Positions 13,673 to 25,660 of a DNA stretch of 64,000 bases are shown here, piece by piece; the first letter of the stretch is position 1, and every line of letters begins with the position of its first letter. The notes below the pieces were generated by a model. That model was not told the DNA's origin. It did no database searches and was given only the letters and a program-made list of their open reading frames with translations. Made by a program: the position numbers and the translations under genes. Where the stretch lies: assembly GCF_036321535.1 (NCBI RefSeq), contig NC_087436.1, positions 83,702,001 through 83,766,000 of the forward strand, written 5' to 3'. Source of the stretch: Camelus dromedarius (Eukaryota).

Positions 13673-14329
13673 CCTTTCTCACTTTAGCATTGGAACACTG
13701 ACCACCTCATAAGGCAACCAGCTCAATGTTTAAACACTAGAATCTTTAGATACTTCTTTCTACTGGGTTGACACTGCCTCCCAGCTCTAGGACTGCTTTA
13801 TGAAATTTACAGGGAAAGTATGCCTCCTTTTATGTATCAGGCAATTTCAAATAATATATTTCAATATATATCTATAATAGTACCATACACACTCAAATTT
13901 AATATTCATTGCCTTTATGATTGTAAACTAATCTATTTCTTTCAGACAGAGCTATCATTCCCTGTTTTTTAAGCAGTTTTTTATTTTAATAATTTAAATT
14001 TAATAAAAGTAATACATGCGCTTGTTCAAAACTCAAACACCACACACAAGTTTAAACTGAGAAGTCTTCCTATCCCAGGCCCAACAGATTAAGTGGGTAG
14101 AATCATTGGCTCAGGAATGTCACCACTACTTTGCATTTATTGATAAATTAAGTTACCTTTAGGCTGCCTTCCCTCTTGGTCCAGTGATTAGACGTCTGCT
14201 AGCAGCACCCAGGGTATCTAAGTCCTTGCTTACATTCAGTAGGGGAATGGGAGACAGACTGCTATCCCAATCATGGATCATATGTTCTTTGTTTGGTTTG
14301 AGCAATTTTGGTTATGGCCAGAGAGAATG

Positions 14330-14700
14330 TTTACACATTCCATAAGATGTTTCTCTACATTTCCCAAGTACCTTTGCATTTAAGTGGGAACATGTGGCTA
14401 GTTCTCAGCAATGAACTACGAGAAGAGAAATGAGTCACTTCCAGAATGAGGCAGATAAAATCATGTGTGCCTCCTCCATCTCTTTTTTCTTTCCCTGACA
14501 TAACCTAGGGGATATATGGTCACATGTTAAAATAGCAAATATGTGACAGAATGGAGGAAGCTTGGATACCAGTGCCACCAGATGGAAGATTTTGTCAACT
14601 TGTATCAGACTCTGAGTGTCTACAAATTAATTTTTGTCTCCCTGAGCTACTGAGATTTTGTCTATTGGGATATCCAGCATTAATTACCTTGATCTATGCA
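14330..14700 (+). mobile_element. Old MaLR LTR (MLT1-like)
   Basis: CTACATTTCCCAAGTACCTTTGCA, CATGTGGCTAGTTCT, GTCACTTCCAGAATGAGGCA and GAGCTACTGAGATTTTG. Confidence 0.6.
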
Positions 14701-15555
14701 GATTGCATGCCCACCTGAGGAAAAGCTATGCACTGGCCAGACTAAACATCATCTGAGATGGAATGGATGGACAGTCTTCTGATTACAAGCAACTTTATAG
14801 TAAGAATTCCTGCGTTCTCAGTTGGTGACTCAAAAGATTAAAGGTACAAAATACTTAACAATTATCCTGCTAATTCTTGCTAAATGGAAAATTGTGCCAT
14901 TTTCACAAAAAGCACTACTAAAAAGACAGAATGCTTTTGCAGACATACCTTTAGATTCTTGAGGCTTCAAAAGACCCTTTGAAAAATAAAATACACTTAG
15001 GTGAAGCTGCAAAACCTAGGGCATGACTTATCTGTTCTATGCAAACATTTATGGAACGACTACAACTGCCTAGTCCTGAGCAAAAGGCAAATAATGCAAA
15101 TAAGATATGACCCTTTCTGTCCAAACTGTTGCCTACTGAAGACAGATAAATTACAGTAAGACATTGAACAGATGGTCAAATATTCCTTCAGTTCTACTAT
15201 CAAGATAGCACATTGCTCAATAATGTCTAAGATCAGAGGATAGTAAGTAACGTAACTATGAAATTAAGCTCAGGTACACCAGGCTCCAAACAAAGCCCAA
15301 GTTTTTCTAAAACCCCAAATAAAAAATGGGTTTAAAAAAATTGAGAAAGCCATCATGAAATTTAAGAAACCTAAATGTAGCCTGTGTAGGAGAAACTTGG
15401 TATTGACATCCAACTAGAAACTACAAAGAGGATAACTGTGATGGCTTTGAAATTTCACCTTACATAATATTTGATTATTATTTAAGAAAATTTGGCTCAG
15501 CTAAATTGAGAACAAGAGAAACAATAAAAGAGAAAAGATAAAACTATTAACAATA

Positions 15556-16191
15556 TGTAAGGACATAGGATACCTTGGTAGACATATTTAATACAGATAG
15601 TTAAGTAAAGATGAAAGAACCAAGGGAAGCAGCCAACATTTATGAGACACCAAACATTCATGTCTTTCATGAGTCATCCATTGATTACACCTATTCTGGC
15701 CCCATGTGCTCTCTGCCTGAGATATGCACATAAAAACCCATAACTGTTCAGTAGCGTATCAGCAAGTTACTATTATACCACGGCACGCTCGCCCCTGCTG
15801 ACGGAGCAAGCTGTGCTGGCTCCAGATACATTCCATCTGCTGAGCCTGCTCACACTCAGTAGTATTCTTCAAAAACACACCATGATCAGGGATGGCTGAT
15901 GTGGCCAAAAAGGCGACAAAGACAGGAAAGATGAATATTAGTAACAGAGGAATCAGAGTGTGGTCCTTTGGTTGCACTTAAATCCTTTCTAAGTGGGTAA
16001 ACCTACCCATCTTTTGCCCCTTGCTTCATGCCGTGCTTTAAGTTGATTCAATAAACCTGCAACGAGAGTATCTTGACTTTGCTCTGTGATCCTTTCTGTA
16101 CTGTGACCTGCCTGCACTATGGGATATGTGTAGGGGAGCTAATGGTACCAGCTGGTAAGGCTACAGGAGTGGAGGTGCCCAAGTTAGGGAC
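15556..16191 (+). mobile_element. Probable old ERV/ERVL solo LTR
   Basis: TGTAAGG...GGGACA ends, TATA-like CATAAAAACCC at ~15729, AATAAACC at ~16050; family not identified. Confidence 0.45.
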
Positions 16192-17631
16192 AAAGGCTAC
16201 AAAGCCTGGGATACCTTTAGAATCGCTGCCAGGACCAGCAAGAGCTGCAGCTCAGCCAGGACAGGCGGACAGCCGCAGCCTGACAATACCAGAACGGACC
16301 CACAAATTCAGTCACAGAATTGATACTCGAACTTCCCCACACAGCAGAACATGCAGAGTATAAGAACCTACACATTTGCACTCTAGGCCCCCTTTTCTCA
16401 ACCACTAGAACATGCAAACTCCCTATTCTCAGCCCACCTCTCCTCACAATGCCCAGACACCACCCTGGACAGAACAACCCAAGGGGCAGGGAATCTGAAA
16501 GACTCAGGATTCACCTGAGAGCTTGAGTCATCCAGAAGTGTGTTTAAAACGAGAAGAGACTAAGATATCACCAACTGGCAAATACACTTTCCTGTTCGCC
16601 TGGGGGTGATTTACTGAGGAGAAATCAGACGTTATAGTAAAGCACCTACTCGTTTCTGTAATGTGATATAAGTAAATTTGTGAGCCCATTACAGTTTTAC
16701 TAACAGCACAGGCAATCGGGGAAAGAGAAAAACAAAAAAGAAATGAGGAAGAGAAAGTTGGTTAGTCAACGGATGTAGGAACAGAGTATCTTTAAACCAG
16801 CCTGTGTCCCACTTCAAGAATCCATCAACTCACATACACACTCTACAGATGTCTGTTGCACTATTACCTTGTCTGCAGGACTATCTTCAGTAGTAAGATT
16901 CTTCACAAGTTGCTGCATGTGTGTCAAAGTAGAGAAGTCTCAAACTAAAAAAAAGTGTACGAGCCCACATGCATGCATTTATGTGAGACTTAGTTCTCTC
17001 TTTTCTGCCAAGAAGCATTTTGTTCTTCAATGGCCCTTTTCCCAGAAATACTATGTACAATTCCTAAAAACCTAAGTGTTTCCTCCTATGGTAAGACTGG
17101 GACACAGCACAACCAAAGGCCAAACTGAAGTTGAAAGGTGGGAATGACTGAGAATTACTCATTCACTGGAGTGAATAATCCCTTAAATGGTATAATTTTT
17201 ACATCAATCTTAAATGAAGTTTTGTACATGTTCTGGGTATAAATTAAGGAAAAATATGGAATGTCATACATACGTCAGTCTACATTTTAGTCAAGGTTGA
17301 GATCAATATATACAGGCCAAGGGCAAGTAGTCATGATCCAATCAAACAGATGTCTGAAAATCTCAGGACAAACAGATCAATCTCTGCTTCACTCTATCCA
17401 TTTCCAGCTCTAAATTATTTCTTTCGTAAACCTGGGAAAATGCAGACCTGTGTCTGTAGTAAAATCAAAGCTCAGTATTCTCCACATATAAAAATCAGAC
17501 TTTGAAGGAAACTTTTTGGAGTGATAAAAAGACCACCAGCTGGACACCTGGATACTATAAGCATGGGGGCTGAATGTAAAAGTCAGGAAGACCAGCACCC
17601 AGGATGCTGAGAAGATTCAGTCTGTGGACCA

Positions 17632-17650
17632 GTCCACCATCTGGTGGCCG
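17632..17650 (-). promoter_or_regulatory. Candidate CTCF motif
   Basis: Minus strand CGGCCACCAGATGGTGGAC versus the core CCASYAGRKGGCR, one mismatch. Confidence 0.5.
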
Positions 17651-18554
17651 CTCAGGGCCTATGTGTCAAAAATTACCCAGATTACTTACAGATAGTTTAG
17701 GATACCATCAGGTCCTACAACAAAATGCAGCTCTTTCTGAAACTTAAAAAAAAATATATGATCTGACCTAAATGTGATGAAATACAAGGGAGTAGTTAAG
17801 GTGATAATACAGAATAAGCTATTTCTCATTTAGTATCTCCAGGGGCAAATAAAACACCCTTTGGAATACAATACCAACTTGAGATTAAAATATGTACATT
17901 TGTACATTTTCTATATATCAAAATAAAAATTTTAATTACAGCATTCTGTGTAATGTGTGAAAATATATTTGGTTATTGCAAAAGGTTACATATGTATGCA
18001 CCAACCGAACTTTTTTGAAATTAATGAATTTCAGCCCTAGAAATACACATCTTTTCCCACAGATTTTATATCAGTGCTATTTATTGCTGCCACTGCTTTA
18101 TAACTGGAGGTTTCTACAGCTGATTAAGGATTCACACACTTTATCAATTTTAGTTCTTTCACCGTCACCTTTAGCAACAAAAACTCTGGAATTACTAAAC
18201 GAAACCAAGAATGTGAAATAGAGAAAGGTTATATACATCCACGGAGGCAAATAAATTAATGGTTGCTTTAATTCTTTCTCAATCTGGGCACAACACATTT
18301 CCAGTAACTATAATTAAGCATTCATACTTAACTCTTTCAGAACAAGAAAGTCTAACACCCTTGAGAGCACTCTGCATTTAATCGGGTTGTCTTAACCAAG
18401 TAAACTCAGCAGGCATCTTCCTCCACATTTTTTGGAAAAGGAAAGCGGACAAAAATGCTGAATGCCACCCAAAATATTGCTTCATGTCCATTTGAATAGA
18501 TGGGAATTTAAGTAACATATCTTTCCCCACCTCCAAGGAAGGAAAAAACAAAGT

Positions 18555-19145
18555 CACACGGACATCTCATCAGGACCGGGAGGGCTGAGGCCTCACCCGG
18601 CCCCGCGGCGCCGGCGGAGAGGCGGCCTGTACTCACACAGATGGCGAGAGCTCCTGCCCCCATTCTCGCAGGGAGCGCCGGGCAGTACTGATGAAGCCGA
18701 GGCGAAAACGTCAGAAGGGCAGCACGGCGCTCAAATTCCATGCAGTCGATACACTGGGATGTGGGACACAAGCTCCGGACCCAGAGGCCGACGGCACGCT
18801 AAGGGCAGCTCCCAACATTTTCCCAAGTGTGGCTCTGCTTCTCTTTTGGCCAGACCCACATGGCTGGCAGGACCGCCTGGAGTTGAAACCCGACCCTGAG
18901 CGTCTAGTCCTGGCGGTGGAGGGAGTCACGTGACCCGGGGCTTCAGGCGCTGACATCTTTCTCTTAAACCTGACTTGCCAGATGCCGCACACACTGGCTG
19001 CTTCCGTTCAGAAAACACTGGTCACCTGGCGGTCTTCACCAACAGGACCAAGGACAGAAAGCGAAAACACACACTTGGTTCCCGTCGCCACATCTTTTAA
19101 ACCTGAGTGTAATCTGCAAACTCCTCACTTTCCCGAGGCCGACTC
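18555..19145 (-). promoter_or_regulatory. FAM13A: CpG-rich promoter and 5'UTR of the FAM13A long isoform
   Basis: Local CpG enrichment around the first coding exon; perfect GTCACGTGAC E-box at 18925-18934. Confidence 0.8.
18637..18663 (-). CDS. FAM13A: FAM13A first coding exon (MGAGALAIC), N-terminus of the RhoGAP-domain long isoform; partial CDS
   Basis: ATG GGG GCA GGA GCT CTC GCC ATC TGT then gtgagt; strong Kozak agaATGg; matches the human FAM13A N-terminus as I recall it; FAM13A is the known head-to-head neighbour of TIGD2. Confidence 0.9.
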
Positions 19146-20399
19146 AATTCTATGGCCCCCCCAGAAATCAGTTAAACTCTGTCAAAGTTTCCTTCCCTTT
19201 ACTTTTTTTTTTCCTGTCAGAATTGTTCTAAATGAAAATGCTGTTTTATGTAGCTGTTACGTACTGCTTCTAATAATTACTCTCAAATTACCTTACTCAC
19301 ATAAACACTGTGATAAACATAGAACAACATCCACAATTCCACGTGTGTGCCTTACAGTCTGGAAAATGAGCCTCCAGCTGATCTTTCAAGAACTTCCTAC
19401 TCCATACGCTGTGCCATTAGAAAAACCTGATTTTACAGTTTCCAAATATTTGAACAGGTAGCTAAAATATCTACTTCATATAAGCCAGAAGGAAACTGTC
19501 CTGGTTTTTTTTTTTTTTTTTCCATTACCACTTTTCTGCCAAATCTTTTTTACTGGCATGGCACATTTAAGACAACGCTGATAAAGGTTACATGGAAAGT
19601 TTCACTTGACCCCAACTTTAAAAGACTTAAATTGCTCCCAGTAACAAAACATTAATAGAGTTATATCTTAAGAAGAGAAGGTGGGAGGCAAAGGGAAAAC
19701 TGAAATCAGATCCCATTTCAATACTTTTCTTCAAATCTAGTATTCTTTGTGTATCTATATAGCCAACCAAGGCTACCTGTAGCAGAGCCAAAAAGATAGC
19801 AAACTGTTGAGCAAGCCACAGGACACAACAGAGCACATTTTATTTCTGTCTGTGCACACAAAACACTGCACAGACTATTTCCACAAGGCAGGAAAACAAT
19901 CCCAAGGCCATACAAGGGAATGGGTGTGGGAAAATGGACAGACTCTTCTCCATCACAAAAAGAAATATTTTCTACTTCTACCTTAATCTAGAGTTTATCA
20001 TTTCTGCTTCCCATTCACCCAATAGACACAATTGGGCTGATTAGCAAAGAAAATGACCATAAAATAAACTTGTTCTAATACTTTTAAAATTTGTTTGTTT
20101 GTTTTTCTGATTATACAAATGTTGCTGGTCCACGGTGAAAAATAAAAGCTTAAAGACTAGGTCACCTCGAGGAACATCACTCAACATCACCCAGTCAGTA
20201 CGTATTGCCTATACCAAGCCAGGCACAATGCTATGTAACTTACTGACAATGTGTGGTACTTTCTCTCATGGATCATCTAGTGGAGGGAGGGAGGATTAAG
20301 TAAATAAACCTTTCTGATTAATAAATGTGGAGATGCTAATAAAGAAGCAAAGATGTAGTAAGAGAGTAACAGAGGACACCCAGAAACATTTAACAAATC

Positions 20400-20980
20400 T
20401 ACTTGCAGTATCTTTTCTATGATTTTTAAAAAAACATCAGGTAAATCTAATTTCTGATAATTTTATGTCCTAATTTTTATCACTTAACATTGTATCAGAG
20501 GCATGCTCCATACTTTTAACACTAAAGTATTTTAGTATTGTGTAATATTGCATTCTGTATATACAACAATTTAGTCATTCTCCCATTTTTTGACAGTTAT
20601 ATGGTTCCTGATTTTATGTGTGTGATTTTAAGTAATGCCTTCTCCTCATTCTGACTGTTTTCTAGTAAAGGCTCCTAAAAGTGAAATTTCTGGATCACAG
20701 AGAACATGAACACATGCTAAAGATCTTGACATACATTGGCTCTGGCAGTTTATACTCTGTAACATGCCTTACCCAAGTCTGAATATTTTGTAAAATATTT
20801 CCTAAATTAGTAAGTGAAAATGATTTCTCATTTTAAAACCTGTATTTCTTTTTACTATCGTAACATTAAAAATATGAAAAATCCTCAGTCATTTGTATTT
20901 TCTGTTCTGTGAACTATCTTTGATCATTTTCTTCATCCATTTAGCAACTGGAGTCTTATCAGTTAACAGTCTCTTTTATA
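20400..20980 (-). mobile_element. Very old L1 (L1ME-like) fragment
   Basis: T-rich; TCCTAAAAGTGAAATTTCTGGATCA, GAAAATGATTTCTCATTTT and CATTTGTATTTTCTGTTCTGTGAACT. Confidence 0.55.
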
Positions 20981-21189
20981 GGGTCATTGTAAGGATCAAA
21001 TGATATAATCCCATAAAAAGCACTTATTTTTATTACCATTTGCCAAGTGCTATAACTAACTGTTTTGGATGCTCATCATGTGGTTTCAGTATATATCTAT
21101 TTGGAATATCAAAATATATTAGAAGATGAAGATCTAAATTGATTTGATTTTTATTTTTCATATAACTACTGGCCCAGGATGTTAACTCT

Positions 21190-21680
21190 CTTAGTATGTA
21201 ATCTCTCCTTCTTATAATATTAGAGCTCTTTCTCCGTAGTTGTGGCTGAGCACATGGTTATCCAGCTAAAGACCACGTTCCTCAAGCTTCCACACAGGTG
21301 CATAGGGCCATGTGACTACTCACATATTAATAGAAGGGGTGCAAATACGACCTGTGCAACTTCTGTGTCATGTGCTTAGTATGAAATCCCTTGCTCCACA
21401 TTTACTCTCCTTCCCCTTCATGACATGCCAGAATGAGGGTGCACCAGAAACCTAGCTTCAGCCATGCAGAAGATGGACCACGTCTCAGGGGATGACAGAG
21501 TAACTAGATGGAAGGGACCTGGACTTCAGAATGCCCTTGAGGAATACAAGGGCCTTACAAGCTGAGGCCAAGGGGAACTTTTACATGAGAATGAAATAAA
21601 ACTCACATTATGCTACTGTATTTGAAGGTCTTACATATGTGTGTATATGAAACAAGTTTGTCTTTACCCTAACTAATATA
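21190..21680 (+). mobile_element. Old MaLR LTR (MLT1J-like)
   Basis: GCACATGGTTATCCAGCTAAAGAC, GGCCATGTGACTA, AGATGGAAGGGACCTGG and TTTTACATGAGAATGAAATAAA. Confidence 0.65.
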
Positions 21681-23225
21681 CTAAGGAATCTGCCCCATTT
21701 AAAAATTTACAGCAAGTTTTTCATTTCCCACTTTTCCTATACTTAACCGTACTATATATTAAATTCATATATACACACATACACACACATGCACATATAG
21801 GGGATTTTTCAGGCTAACATTCTATTTTTTTCTAGTTTTATATCACTTTCATGACATTTAAATAATGATATCTTTATAATTCATTTAAATATCTAATAAA
21901 GATAGCCTTCTCTCATTATCCATTTCTTTAAAAATTGTATTGCCCTTCTTTCCAATCAGTTCTTCATGATGAATTTCAAAAACATTCAGTTATGTTAGAA
22001 CAAGCTAGAGAACCAAAGAATTACACTTCTTGTTATTGTTTATCTAATAGGCAATTCCATTTTGGATATTACCACATAAGGACAACATGGGAGGAAAAAA
22101 AACTAGTCCTAATTTTCATTACTTCTTATATACCACTATGAAGTAAAATTAGTGTGGTGACTAATTTTCATCCTTATTTTTCTCTGTCATGACTGAATTT
22201 CACTTGCAAAGAGAATCCCTGAACAGGCCATTTAACAAGCACCAGAAGATACTCTTCACTGTAAAGTTTGTTTCTCCATGGGCTATATCTGTAACTAGAG
22301 TATGAAATGTTTTCTCCTGACCCCAAATGGATGAAAGTGATAGAGTCCAGTTGATTCCAGAAAGTTCTCTGAGCTGTCACGCATGTATATTCCTGAGTAT
22401 CGATTTACAAAGAACTTTAAGATATACAAGCCACAACCAAGAGATTTGCTGATATGAGTTATTGCTTCTCCCCCAGAAAGGATAAAGTTTTTAAAAGTGC
22501 TTTTCTGAATAGCCCACTAAGGTGGGCTAATTCCATGACCACTTCCAGAAATGCTGAAATACCATGGCAAGACAAAGGATGCCCTATTCTCAAGAAGAAC
22601 CCTGGGCACCCTGGAGGAAGGCGTCAAAATTACTTCATAACGAATGGTCAGGCCCCTAGGATGCTATCATTCAAACCACCCTTTGACCTGGGGAAGCTTA
22701 ATGGAGGAAGCTTAAAAGGCCAGGTTATCCTCTAGCCTCCAAAAAAGCTAAAAATGCTTCAAAGCCAAGCCTTCTGATGTTAGCTGGAAGACACACCAAT
22801 TTTCAAAGGATAAAATCTCTGCTACTAGAGTTGACATAAGAGGTACCAAAAGAGCAGTAGCCCAGAGACAGGATGTCAGCCGTGTAGCAGGGACCAGCAG
22901 GTATTGGGGCATGGGGGTGGGGGGGTTGTTGTTGGTGGTGGCAACTGCAGCATGAACCACCTGAGGCCCATCATAAGTGGGACAGTGGAGGCTCTTTTTG
23001 TCTAAACTCAGTCTCTGCTCAAGCTCTGGCTCTGTCCCAGCTATTTCTCAATAAGTATCCCAACTTGACCCAAAATCAATGACATCCAACCAGACAGGAA
23101 ATCAGAAATCAGCCAGTCAGCGACTATTTAGCATTTATATACTCTCTTTCAACCAGAAGGGTTTAGATACTTCAGTGTTTGAATCCATGACAGTAGATGT
23201 ACCTGAAAGATGACTTGATCTAGGC

Positions 23226-23418
23226 CAGGGGTCAGCAAACTAGCCTGTGTGCCAAGTCAGCTACCCTAGACCAAATCTGGTCACACCCTTCTGTTTCCAG
23301 AATGTCTCTGGCTAATTTGGCAGTACTGTGACAGAACTCAGTAGTTGCAAGAGATTGGGCCCAGAAAGTCTAAAATATTTACCATTTGACCCTTTATAAT
23401 AAAATTTGCTGACCCTTG
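23226..23418 (+). mobile_element. hAT-Charlie MITE (MER58-like)
   Basis: Terminal inverted repeats CAGGGGTCAGCAAA / TTTGCTGACCCTTG; 8-bp NTCTAGNN-type flanks ATCTAGGC and CTCTAGAA. Confidence 0.8.
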
Positions 23419-23673
23419 CTCTAGAACATTCAGTAACATTATTGGGCATTAGATTCCTCATATACTCATAGAAAGACTAGCCTGTGTGCTTCAGTTCCTT
23501 GGAAAATAGCAGTAAATAGGTCTTTTTTGGCTTTGTTAATCTGTGTTGTTAAAACTGCCCTATCACCTGGGGTTGGGCCTACTCTTACCTTCTCCTAATT
23601 ATTTTTCTGAAAGATTTCCATAAAAAAGGTCCAGTTTAAATCTGAGTATCTCATTTTCATTCTGAATTCTAGA

Positions 23674-24133
23674 TGTATTCCCATCCCAATTCAGGAAGGG
23701 GAAGAAAAAATGACTACAGTCCTAGGAAAAGATGGAGTGCTCTGCAGCCATGGAAACCAATAGCCAACTTGACTAATTTAAACCTGTTCAATCAGTTGGC
23801 AACTTGCCTTGGTAAACCAATTGATTTTGCAAGCCAATCCATCACCGAAAACCCATGACTTCTGGCCAGTGAAGAATACTCATTTTAATAAACATGTCTT
23901 TGAGTGCCAAACAATCCATTTGAATAACCACTCTCTTTCAGATAATGCCAACAACCCCTGAAAACCTCCCAATCCTAATTCCATGCTTCCCAAAAGCCCT
24001 ATATAGAATAGGAGTCTGCTCTGCTCAGAAAGACCGCCTGACCAGCCGAGCTTTCCCTTACCACAGGAGTGAATAAATTCAGCTGTCTTTTTATCTCAGG
24101 TGCTGAGTACTGGTCTCATCACTCTTTAATACA
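23674..24133 (+). mobile_element. Probable ERV solo LTR
   Basis: Inverted ends TGTATT...AATACA, several CCAAT boxes, TATATA at ~24000, AATAAA at ~24073; no clear TSD. Confidence 0.55.
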
Positions 24134-24474
24134 ACCCACAGTTTAGACATTCCAGATTCATGGGGCATTCTGTAAGCTCCATTGTCTGACCTGCATGTCT
24201 ATTACTTTCTCACTAGCTTCCCTACGGCCCCTTCTTCTAGACCTATTTATAGCCCCACCTTAACTCTTAACACGCCCCTTCCCTGAGGGCAGACCCCTGG
24301 ATATCATCCCCTATCCCCTGGAAACCAAAGCAGATCCACCACATCAGCCTCCACAGCAGGAGGGTCAGGACACAGCCCACTATCAAGTGGGCAAGAGGGC
24401 TGACTTAGGGACAGGAAGCACTGTATATCCATGATGATCCCAAACCTACACCCGGGAAACAAGACATAGCTAGA

Positions 24475-24634
24475 TTTTTTTTAAATTGAGGTACAGTTGG
24501 TTCACAACATTAGATAAGTTTTAGGTGTACAACAGTGATTCACAATTTTTAAAGGTTATATACTCCATTTATAATTATTAAAATACGGCTACCTTCCCTG
24601 TGTTGCACAATGTATCCTTGTAGCTTATTTTATA
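24475..24634 (-). mobile_element. L1 3' tail fragment
   Basis: Poly(T) then AAATTGAGGTACAGTTGG...TTCCCTGTGTTGCACAAT; degenerate TSD around TAGATT. Confidence 0.75.
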
Positions 24635-25526
24635 GTAGATTCTTTTGAGAACAGTTTTAGTTATTTTCCCAATAAGCTTGCTAAAGCCATAATTGAACTT
24701 TTAAATTTCATAAGCACTTATACAATGCACAAGGTGTACTTATTACTATTCCAGGAATTATGGTTAAGGAGAGGTATGGGAAATGGTGTATCACTGGAAC
24801 TATGCAGTATATGTAAAAAATATTTAGGACATAAATTGCATACCTTGTGAAGGTATTCTGTTTAGCCATTTTGTCTCACCTGCATAGTGATTTCAAAGGC
24901 CATGCACTTGTACCTGGGTGGAAATGACTATTGCTAGCAATCAACACAAACACTTAATGCCTGTTGTTCATCATTCTGACAGCTTCACAGTGTATAATTA
25001 CCTCATGGCGCCTGAAGGCACTTGAGTCTTAATCCATCAACTAGCAAATACAACAAATTGTATAATCAAATTTAAAATGTGTGCCCTTAGTATTGCAGAA
25101 AATTCTAAAATTCGAATACACGAAATGAAAGTGGCTGGAGGCATATGTTGAGCTGACTTACACAGATGTCACTGGCTAGGATGGCCGAGGAAGGAGAGGG
25201 TGTTCTAACGTGGTCTGTGTGATGAGCACACAGGCCGGCATCGGCACAAAAAAGCAAGGAGCTGGAAACAGCAAAGAAACCTAGGCTCGACCTCATCAAC
25301 AATCGGGAACTACTATAGGTTCTTAAACAGAATGAACAGCTTGACAAAACTAGGGCCAGATTAATCTGGAAGGCTGACTAAGAGGTGCTAGGATAGGAAG
25401 GAGACTCATTATAGATAAGTGGACCCTGTTCATAATAACTCAGCTGAGATGAACTTGTCTTGAATTTAGATAGTGAAGGATAAATCACATAAATTTGCAG
25501 AAAAAAACTCGCAAGACTGATAACTG

Positions 25527-25660
25527 GGGGTGAGGGTATAGCTCAGTGGTAGAGCACACACTTAGCATCCATGAGGTCAAGGGTTCAATCCCCAGTACCT
25601 CCATTAAGTAAAAAATGAACAATAATAAATAAATTAACCTAATTATCCTCCCCCCAAAAA
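25527..25660 (+). mobile_element. tRNA-derived SINE of camelid (Vic/Vpa) type
   Basis: A box TAGCTCAGTGG, B box GGTTCAATCCC, tail AACCTAATTATCCTCCCCCC plus A-run; TSD ACTGATAACTG at 25516-25526 and 25661-25671. Confidence 0.88.

Larger units (their letters stand above)
1..18636 (-). other. FAM13A: Intron following FAM13A coding exon 1 (continues beyond the left edge)
   Basis: Starts at the GTGAGT donor (plus strand ACTCAC, 18631-18636). I saw no frame matching the next FAM13A residues (QSKAAVRLKEDMKK..., from memory of the human protein) in 1-18630. Confidence 0.8.

Noticed and set aside
18982..19461. 159-aa ORF divergent from the FAM13A promoter
   Set aside because: No recognisable homology or coding character, and it crosses a T-run; probably chance.
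25527..25602. tRNA gene
   Set aside because: Degenerate anticodon arm, SINE tail and TSD show it is a tRNA-derived SINE.
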